The notes beneath the pieces were generated by a model. That model searched no databases, had not been told where the DNA came from, and was given only the letters and a program-made list of their open reading frames with translations. Shown one piece after another: positions 57,060 to 64,000 of a stretch of 64,000 bases of DNA. Both the position numbers and the translations under genes were made by a program. Numbering within the stretch: the stretch's first letter is position 1; the number at the start of each line of letters is the position of its first letter. This DNA is from an uncultured Clostridia bacterium (GTDB taxonomy: Bacteria > Acidobacteriota > Aminicenantia > UBA2199). The DNA lies in NCBI GenBank assembly GCA_964502145.1, contig CAZCVI010000009.1, positions 73,438 through 137,437 on the forward strand, in the 5' to 3' direction.

Positions 57060-58112
57060 ATGAAATACATAAAAATACTTATAATAGTTGCGATTATAGC
57101 CGTTCTGTTGTTTTTCTTTCTCAAAAATGTCGACTTCAAAGAAGTCGTCAGGATCATCCGCTCCGTTGATCCCATATACCCCATTATTTTTTTAGTGGGG
57201 TTGTACCTGCAATTTTTTCTCCGTGGGTATCGGTGGGGATTGATACTGCGGCCCCACAAAAAGAAGATTCCCTTGATGACCCTGTATAATTACACTGTCA
57301 TTGGCTTCTTATTGAATATGCTGCCCGGCAAAATGGGGGAACCGGCCCGCGGTATCTTGTTGGCGAAGGAAGAAAACATAAACCGTAGTTATGGTCTCGC
57401 GTCCGTCGTATTAGAACGGATGCTCGACCTGTTCATGTTGTTGATGATATTTTTTGCCGCTGTCATTTTTATGCCCGATACTGGTTCCCAGATCATGCTC
57501 AAGCTCAAACGCGCCTCATTTTTTGCCTTTCCCCTTGTATTGCTGTTCTTTTTCTTGTTCTATTTGATTAATACCGAGCGCATGTTTGGCCGTGTAGAAC
57601 GATTGATCCGGTTTTTTGCCCGGTTAGCACCCGAAAAAATCCGCGAACGGCTGGTCAATTTTACCCTCCATTTTGTAAAGGGATTACGGTTACAGATGAC
57701 CCCCTGGGAGTATGTCAAATTGATTGTTTCTTCCATGCTGGTCTGGTTGTATTTGATTCCTTTTTACTGGCTATTGATGCAGGGATTTGGGTTTGGCAAG
57801 AACGTTAGCTTGTTGGAAACCTTTCCTTATTTTTGCGTGCTGGTCGTATCAGCCGCTATTCCCACCCCAGGTATGGCAGGAAGTTTTGAATTGGCTTCCC
57901 GGCTCGGTTTGGAACAACTGTACGGTGCCGATCCTAACCAAGCTACCGCGTATACCTTGCTGGCCCATTTTATTATTCTAATCATCATGGTCATACCGGG
58001 TCTGATCGCTTTCTGGTCCAAAGGGTTTCATATGAAGACTATTAAAACAATGAAAGAAGATAATAACGAGCATAAAGTCGCTAACGAAACAAAAGCCGAC
58101 GTGCAGGTCTGA
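57060..58112 (+). CDS. Lysylphosphatidylglycerol-synthase-TM-like (UPF0104 flippase-like) membrane protein
   Basis: Polytopic membrane protein with a family-like loop region (KMGEPARGILLAKEENI). Confidence 0.65.
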   Translation: MKYIKILIIVAIIAVLLFFFLKNVDFKEVVRIIRSVDPIYPIIFLVGLYLQFFLRGYRWGLILRPHKKKIPLMTLYNYTVIGFLLNMLPGKMGEPARGILLAKEENINRSYGLASVVLERMLDLFMLLMIFFAAVIFMPDTGSQIMLKLKRASFFAFPLVLLFFFLFYLINTERMFGRVERLIRFFARLAPEKIRERLVNFTLHFVKGLRLQMTPWEYVKLIVSSMLVWLYLIPFYWLLMQGFGFGKNVSLLETFPYFCVLVVSAAIPTPGMAGSFELASRLGLEQLYGADPNQATAYTLLAHFIILIIMVIPGLIAFWSKGFHMKTIKTMKEDNNEHKVANETKADVQV

Positions 58113-58122
58113 GGGAAAAAAA

Positions 58123-58578
58123 ATGAGATGCCCGGAATGTGGGAATTTTGAAGATAAAGTAATCGAAACGCGGGAAAGCAAGGAAAAAAACTATATCCGT
58201 AGACGGCGCGAATGTCTCCAATGCCAGAAACGCTTTACTACCTATGAAAAACTCGAATATATCCCCCTGATGGTAGTAAAAAAAGACGGGCGACGGGAAG
58301 ACTTTGATATTGATAAGGTCAGAAAAGGATTGTATCGCGCGGTGGAAAAAAGACCTATCCCCAACAAACAAATCCAACAAATCGCCGATCAAATTGAAGA
58401 ATTAGTATCCGGCCAGGAAAAAGAGATTTCCACTACCCGCATTGGCGAGTATATCATGGAAAAACTGAAGGTTCTGGATAAAGTGGCTTATGTCCGGTTT
58501 GCATCGGTTTACCTCGATTTCAGAAGCCTCGAAGAATTCTTGTCGGAACTCCATAATTTGTTAAAAAAGGAGGAATAA
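58123..58578 (+). CDS. nrdR: Transcriptional repressor NrdR
   Basis: Zinc ribbon CPECG...CLQC, followed by an ATP-cone. Confidence 0.9.
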   Translation: MRCPECGNFEDKVIETRESKEKNYIRRRRECLQCQKRFTTYEKLEYIPLMVVKKDGRREDFDIDKVRKGLYRAVEKRPIPNKQIQQIADQIEELVSGQEKEISTTRIGEYIMEKLKVLDKVAYVRFASVYLDFRSLEEFLSELHNLLKKEE

Positions 58579-58995
58579 ATGGCAAAAAAGATATTCCCTT
58601 ATCCCGAAGCAGAGATTGGTAATAGTTTTTCAGCCGGGATAAGTACGTATGTCGATTGGGAACCCAGGGCAAACATCATTGATGCGGGTGAACTCCTCAT
58701 CGTGGAAGTGGAATTGCCGGGTGTGAATAAAGACGATGTGTCGATCTATCTGGAAGGTGACAACCAGTTGATCCTCCGGGGCACTAAACGTCAGCCCCGC
58801 GTTAATGCCAATCCCGACACCCAATCCAAAACTACTTATTATCTTTTTGAACGGGAATTTGGCACTTTTTACAAACGCATTGTTATTGATTTTCCATTGG
58901 ATTCTGCCAATATCAAATCGGTGATGGAAAACGGCGTCCTGGTTGTTACGCTACCCAGAAAAAAAACTGAAAAAATTTCAATTGAGATTAATTGA
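58579..58995 (+). CDS. Hsp20/alpha-crystallin small heat-shock protein
   Basis: Alpha-crystallin domain motifs DWEPRANI...LIVEVELPGV...GVLVVTLPRK. Confidence 0.9.
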   Translation: MAKKIFPYPEAEIGNSFSAGISTYVDWEPRANIIDAGELLIVEVELPGVNKDDVSIYLEGDNQLILRGTKRQPRVNANPDTQSKTTYYLFEREFGTFYKRIVIDFPLDSANIKSVMENGVLVVTLPRKKTEKISIEIN

Positions 58996-59013
58996 TCCGT
59001 TAGAGGTGGAAAA

Positions 59014-61536
59014 ATGAGCGAAGAAGAAAAGGAATTAGAAAATACAGAATCTGAGGAGGAAACCCAGGTTATAAAGAAGCCACTGGAAGACGAAAAGTTA
59101 CATATTCCAGGCACTTTGCCAGTCCTGGTGATGCGGGATATCGTGGTATTTCCATACATGATTGTACCGCTCTATGTGGGCCGCCCCAAATCGAAACGGG
59201 CCGTAGACCTGGTGTTGAATTCGGACCGCATGATCCTGTTACTTACTCAAAAAGATGTCAATGTAGAGGAACCCTTGCAAAAAGACATGTACACTGTGGG
59301 CACTGTAGCCCTGGTGGTGCGCATGTTAAAACTGCCAGACGGTCGCATGAGGGTCCTGGTACAAGGCATTTCAAGGGTCAGTGTCAAGAATTATAACGAT
59401 GACGATAAAATCGTTTATGCCGATGTCCAGATCATTGAAGATCAGGAACCCAAACGCCTCAGCATGAAAGATAAGGCGTTGATTAAAAATGTCAGGGAAC
59501 GGTTCGAACAAACCGGACGTTTAGGCAAGCAGATTCCCAGTGAAATTTTTGTTATTGTTGAAAATATTGAGGAACCGGGCAAATTGGCCGATATTATTGC
59601 TTCGAATCTGGACTTAAAAATCCCCGATTCAGCCAAGATATTAATGGAAGAAAAATCCATGAAACGCTTGCAAAAGGTCTATGAGTTTCTGACCTACGAG
59701 TTGGAGATGCTCAATATCCAGAACCAAATCAACCTGAAAGCCCAGGGCGAAATGGATAAGAACCAGCGCGAGTATTTTCTGCGGCAACAGTTAAAAGCCA
59801 TCCAAAAAGAGCTGGGCGAAGAGTCTGATAGCGGCGAAGAGATTGCCACTTATATAAAAAGAATGAAGGAAATCAATATGCCCGAGGAACCTCAGAAAGA
59901 GGTGGAAAAAAATATTGACCGCTTAAAAAAGATGCACCCGGAATCGGCTGAAAGCACGGTGGTACGAAACTACCTCGACTGGATGCTGGACCTGCCCTGG
60001 AGTGTCTCCACTATTGACAACCTCAACTTAAAACATGCCAAAACAGTTTTAAACCAGGACCACTATGGTCTGGAAAAAGTAAAGGAACGAATCTTGGAAT
60101 ATTTGAGCGTGCGTAAATTAACCACCAAGGCACATGGTCCGATTTTATGTTTTGTCGGCCCTCCAGGTGTGGGTAAAACGTCTCTGGGTCGGTCGATTGC
60201 TTCGGCATTGAATAAAAAATTCGTGCGCATTTCGCTGGGTGGTGTTCGGGATGAAGCTGAAATTCGTGGTCATCGTCGGACGTATGTCGGCGCTCTGCCC
60301 GGCAAAATTATCCAGGACATTAAAAAAGCCGGGGCCAATAACCCTGTCTTCATGATGGATGAAGTTGATAAAATCGGCTCTGATTTCAGGGGTGACCCCT
60401 CCTCCGCGTTACTGGAAGTGCTCGACCCCGAACAAAACAATGCCTTTGTAGACCACTATCTGGGCGTTGCGTTTGATCTTTCCAAGGTTCTTTTTATCAC
60501 TACCGCCAATATGCTCGAACCTATTCAACCCGCGTTCAAGGACAGGATGGAAATCATCCACATCCACGGTTATACAGAAGAAGAGAAAATTGAGATTGCC
60601 AAACGTCATCTTATCCCACGACAACTGGATGCCAACGGTCTTTCAGATAAACTCTTGGAATTCACGGATGGTGCGATTAAAAACCTGATAGCGCTGAATA
60701 CCCGCGAGGCGGGGGTCAGGAACCTGGAACGTGAAATCAGCAGTATCTGCCGGAAAGTGGCTCATAAAGTCGCGCTGGGTGAAAAGAAACTGCATAAAAT
60801 CACTATTCGTAACCTGGAAAAATACACTGGCCCGGCGAAATTATTCAGGGACCAACTGCTGGAAGAAAATTCCGTCGGTGTAGCCACGGGTATGGCGTAC
60901 ACGGCATATGGTGGCGATATCCTGTTTATCGAGGTTAAATTATTACCCGGCAAAGGAAAACTGATCTTAACGGGTTCGTTGGGAGAGGTTATGAAAGAGT
61001 CTGCCACTGCCGCGCTCAGTTTCCTGAAATCCGAGGCTGCCAATTTAGGTATTGGGAACGAGGAATTCGAGAAGAATGATATTCATATCCATGTTCCCGA
61101 AGGTGGCACGCCAAAGGATGGCCCTTCCGCCGGTGTTTCTTTGACTACTGCGCTTTGTTCTGCGTTCACTGGCATTCCCGTGAACCGGGAAATCGCCATG
61201 ACTGGCGAGATTACCTTGCGTGGCAAAGTGATTCCCGTGGGTGGTATCAAGGAAAAAGTCCTGGCTGCAAAACGGGCAGGTATTAAAAAAATTATTATGC
61301 CGGAAAAAAACAAAAAAGACCTGCTGGATATCAAGGAAATTTATCTGGCTGGCATTGAGTTTGCGTTCGTTAAGAACATCTCGGAAGTCGTGGATATGGC
61401 TCTGACCCAAAAGGTTTTTGATCGGGGTAATAATGCTCTACCCAGGCCAAAGGTCGAAGTAAAGACCGAGGGCAATGGCGAGGGGAATGCAGAGGTCAAA
61501 CCTGCGGACAAAGTGGCTGATGATGATGAGGAATAA
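59014..61536 (+). CDS. lon: ATP-dependent protease Lon (La)
   Basis: LON N-domain. AAA+ Walker [10 protein letters not shown]. Protease domain with catalytic Ser in [10 protein letters not shown] and a downstream Lys. Confidence 0.95.
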   Translation: MSEEEKELENTESEEETQVIKKPLEDEKLHIPGTLPVLVMRDIVVFPYMIVPLYVGRPKSKRAVDLVLNSDRMILLLTQKDVNVEEPLQKDMYTVGTVALVVRMLKLPDGRMRVLVQGISRVSVKNYNDDDKIVYADVQIIEDQEPKRLSMKDKALIKNVRERFEQTGRLGKQIPSEIFVIVENIEEPGKLADIIASNLDLKIPDSAKILMEEKSMKRLQKVYEFLTYELEMLNIQNQINLKAQGEMDKNQREYFLRQQLKAIQKELGEESDSGEEIATYIKRMKEINMPEEPQKEVEKNIDRLKKMHPESAESTVVRNYLDWMLDLPWSVSTIDNLNLKHAKTVLNQDHYGLEKVKERILEYLSVRKLTTKAHGPILCFVGPPGVGKTSLGRSIASALNKKFVRISLGGVRDEAEIRGHRRTYVGALPGKIIQDIKKAGANNPVFMMDEVDKIGSDFRGDPSSALLEVLDPEQNNAFVDHYLGVAFDLSKVLFITTANMLEPIQPAFKDRMEIIHIHGYTEEEKIEIAKRHLIPRQLDANGLSDKLLEFTDGAIKNLIALNTREAGVRNLEREISSICRKVAHKVALGEKKLHKITIRNLEKYTGPAKLFRDQLLEENSVGVATGMAYTAYGGDILFIEVKLLPGKGKLILTGSLGEVMKESATAALSFLKSEAANLGIGNEEFEKNDIHIHVPEGGTPKDGPSAGVSLTTALCSAFTGIPVNREIAMTGEITLRGKVIPVGGIKEKVLAAKRAGIKKIIMPEKNKKDLLDIKEIYLAGIEFAFVKNISEVVDMALTQKVFDRGNNALPRPKVEVKTEGNGEGNAEVKPADKVADDDEE

Positions 61537-61619
61537 ACCGCTAAATTGATATAAATTGATATAAATTAATATAGTGTGAGGGTGGGCCCCCGTGCCCACC
61601 CTTGGGTAATCGTGAATAT

Positions 61620-62576
61620 ATGGGAAAAGCTATGGATGAACCCGAATTTGTAAAATTTTTGCAGCACGAGTTTCCTTTTAAATATGGTATCGGGATTGGC
61701 GATGACACCTCTGTCGTCCCTGTTAATCGTGCTGATGGTTTTCAATTGATTACCAAGGACTTGTTGATTGAGGGCGTGCATTTTAAGTTGGATTATTTCA
61801 GCATGGAGGAGTTGGCATTAAAGGCATTGGCGGTTAATCTCAGTGATATTGCAGCCATGGGTGGTGTGCCCCAGTATTTTTACCTCGGCCTGGGATTTCC
61901 TAACCATCTTGCTGCGGAAAAGACCGTGCCTTTTTTTAAAGGATTGGCTGCCGGGTGTAGCAAATGGGATGTTGCTTTGGCTGGCGGTGATTATTCCGCT
62001 TCCCCGGTGCTGGTTATTTCTATTACTGTTGTCGGCAAAGCCCAACACCCCGTTTACCGTCACGGTGCAAACGTAGGTGATCTCATCGGTATGACCGGTG
62101 TGACCGGGGAATCGGCGCTGGGTTTAAAATTACTCCTGCAAGGTCAGCATAATGCCTATTTTACCAGGAAACATAAAGAAGTGAACCCTGAATTAATCAA
62201 GGGGCCTGTTTTGAGTCGTTATGTCAGTGCCATGATTGATATTTCAGATGGTTTGTTGATGGACTTGAACCGTATTCTCACGGCTTCAACCAAGGGCGCC
62301 CGGATTGTATGGGAACAAATCCCCATTACGCCGGAACTCCATTCGTTATGCCAGGAAACAGGGTGGTTAGAATATGATGCGGTGTTGGCAGGTGGTGAAG
62401 ACTATGGTTTATTGTTCACTATTGCAGTAGAACGGGAAAAAGAACTCAGAAAGGAAGCTATAGCTTATACTATTATTGGCGAAATTACCGATTCAGCGCG
62501 TTCCCTGGTGGTGGAAGACCGAGGGAAACCTATTATACTGCCCCGCCTCGGTTACGATCATTTTGGCACACCATAG
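61620..62576 (+). CDS. thiL: Thiamine-monophosphate kinase
   Basis: AIRS/PurM-like fold with N-terminus GIGDDTSVV...DLLIEGVHF typical of ThiL. Start set at ATG 61620. Confidence 0.75.
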   Translation: MGKAMDEPEFVKFLQHEFPFKYGIGIGDDTSVVPVNRADGFQLITKDLLIEGVHFKLDYFSMEELALKALAVNLSDIAAMGGVPQYFYLGLGFPNHLAAEKTVPFFKGLAAGCSKWDVALAGGDYSASPVLVISITVVGKAQHPVYRHGANVGDLIGMTGVTGESALGLKLLLQGQHNAYFTRKHKEVNPELIKGPVLSRYVSAMIDISDGLLMDLNRILTASTKGARIVWEQIPITPELHSLCQETGWLEYDAVLAGGEDYGLLFTIAVEREKELRKEAIAYTIIGEITDSARSLVVEDRGKPIILPRLGYDHFGTP

Positions 62577-62624
62577 GGAACCCAGAACACAGGCTTTATT
62601 CTATACCGCGTCGTTTCAAAAATT

Positions 62625-63398
62625 TCACGGTGACTCAGTCGCGTCGCCGATCATGGATTCCCGGTTGCAGAAGAGCGTAGTTTCCAGTGTATTGTTTTTT
62701 TCGTTTAGTTCTGATAGGGTATCATTCACGTCGATCTGGACTTTTACCTTTGCGTTGTTGATAATCATAAAGCCGGGTTCCGCGCCGATTTTGTGCCTGA
62801 TTTCCGCGCCCGGTTCAAGCATGATTGTTTCGTAGGATTCTTCGATTAATTGGTCATTGATCCAGACATTTTCCCGGACCATAACTTTTAGTGGTTCCGT
62901 GCCCCGGTTGATATGTTTTATCCATAGCCGGCAGTTTTGGTCCAGGTAGATATCGCTGACATCAATATCTTTATAGCTCACAGTATGGAGTTTCTCCGAG
63001 CAATCCAATGAGAATACCGCTTCATTGGACGCTATAGGCAGCGGCGCAATAATTTGCAGGACTTGCCAGTAATCAGCATACACTTTGCCCGTATCGCCCA
63101 GCGTCCAAGTTGTCGTGACAATCTCCGTGCTGGCGCCGGGAAATTCGATGGTTTGTACCTCTCCTTTCACCCCATCGCTACGGTCCCAGCGGAATTTCAC
63201 CACCCCTTTACCATTAACGGTAATTTTCCCCGCAAAAAGAAACGTTTGCGGGCATTCCCCTTTGAATCGTGTAGGCGTGACTGCTGCTGATACGTCGGTG
63301 ACCAAAAACAACTTAGTCTTTTGACTGGGAAGGTTCGGGGTAGTGGATAACACCAATACAACCAGACTCCACAGGCACCATGTCAATATTTTCCGCAT
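62625..63398 (-). CDS. Secreted hypothetical protein with a CARDB-like C-terminal beta-sandwich
   Basis: Signal peptide. C-terminal ...NDTLSELNEKNNTLETT resembles the CARDB E-x-NE-x-NN signature. Confidence 0.55.
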   Translation of the reverse strand: MRKILTWCLWSLVVLVLSTTPNLPSQKTKLFLVTDVSAAVTPTRFKGECPQTFLFAGKITVNGKGVVKFRWDRSDGVKGEVQTIEFPGASTEIVTTTWTLGDTGKVYADYWQVLQIIAPLPIASNEAVFSLDCSEKLHTVSYKDIDVSDIYLDQNCRLWIKHINRGTEPLKVMVRENVWINDQLIEESYETIMLEPGAEIRHKIGAEPGFMIINNAKVKVQIDVNDTLSELNEKNNTLETTLFCNRESMIGDATESP

Positions 63399-63607
63399 AT
63401 TATCCTCCCTGGAAAATGATAGTCATAAATCACAGATAATAGTTACCACGTATTATTATCGTATTATAGAGTACTAGAAAACCTTTATAATTTCAAGTCC
63501 TTAATTATTTTTTATGCAAGAAAATCACCCCATTAAAAATTATAAGATTAATTACTGAATTAAAGCGATGTTAATTAACAGTACCACGAGGCTGCACTAT
63601 AATTAGA

Positions 63608-63991
63608 TTGAAAGGTTCAAGCCATGATAAAGATGAACAAGATAAACGAGATCATAGCGCAGATTGCCCAGTTGGTAAAGCCAAAAAATTAATTTTATTT
63701 GGTTCGTATGCTCGTGGCAATCAATCCGAGGATAGTAATCTGGATTTGATGGTAATTGTTGAGAATTCAGATTTACTCCGTCACAAAAGTGCAAGAACCA
63801 TCCGGCAGCATCTCCGGGGCATCACCGACGTACCCAGGAATATTTTAGTATACACCCAGAATGAAATAGACGAATGGGCATCTGTAAAATTGTCTTTTGT
63901 GTCCAATATTCTCCAAGCGGAAAAGCCCTCTATGAAAACTAAAGGCGAAAGACTCATAGAGCATAGCCCAAAAAATGGGAGAATATATTAA
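63608..63991 (+). CDS. Minimal nucleotidyltransferase (Pol-beta superfamily; MNT toxin-antitoxin-like). The N-terminus is probably frameshifted at an A6 run.
   Basis: LILFGSYARGNQSEDSNLDLMVIV matches the G[SG]x9-13DxD motif. A better N-terminus, MIKMNKINEIIAQIAQLVKPKN*, is encoded in another frame from ATG 63623 and terminates at the A-run ~63680. Confidence 0.6.
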   Translation: MKGSSHDKDEQDKRDHSADCPVGKAKKLILFGSYARGNQSEDSNLDLMVIVENSDLLRHKSARTIRQHLRGITDVPRNILVYTQNEIDEWASVKLSFVSNILQAEKPSMKTKGERLIEHSPKNGRIY

Positions 63992-64000
63992 AACTAAGAT

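Noticed and set aside
61581-61600. GGGTGGGC...GCCCACCC hairpin after lon as an intrinsic terminator
   Set aside because: It has a good stem but no T-run follows (CTTGGGTAATCG), so lon and thiL may be co-transcribed. Kept out of the feature list.

Overview
A bacterial chromosomal segment (roughly 40-45% GC by eye), probably from an uncultured lineage. It interleaves housekeeping genes with accessory content and several families of short repeats.

Housekeeping genes recognised by motif: rho, clpA/clpS, lon, nrdR, an hsp20 small heat-shock gene, thiL, cdd, thymidine phosphorylase, amtB, and znuACB following an amidohydrolase. Signalling content: two two-component systems (a hybrid Cache histidine kinase with an OmpR-type regulator; a histidine kinase with an NtrC-type regulator), a Ser/Thr kinase fused to an FGE-sulfatase domain, a motAB stator pair and an Rrf2 regulator.

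Accessory content worth attention:
- A tightly overlapping candidate defence operon (17974-21238): a stand-alone TIR protein, a deviant-Walker-A MinD/ParA-like NTPase fused to a second TIR domain, and an M29 aminopeptidase. It sits behind an extended -10 promoter and downstream of a SAM methyltransferase.
- A translationally coupled pair of an AlbA_2/HATPase_c_4 (Schlafen-like) protein and a ParA-like ATPase, followed by a beta-propeller protein (5271-9396).
- A secreted caspase-like (C14) / coiled-coil / DUF1566 protein next to an archaeal-type AAA ATPase with a DUF234 C-terminus. The window also contains a decayed, internally deleted paralog of this ATPase at 21961-22553.
- Two large secreted proteases, one subtilisin S8 and one metzincin, that share a near-identical ~400-aa C-terminal module.
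- A mosaic of decayed ISL3 and IS3 insertion-sequence fragments.
- At least two families of intergenic palindromes built from tandem 9-10-nt sub-repeats (TGGACNNNN, and CACAGATTA / CACGAATNN).
- A GC-rich ~500-nt non-coding island, and a 1.2-kb intergenic region dense in operator-like palindromes and 60-bp tandem repeats.

No tRNA, rRNA or CRISPR array was found.
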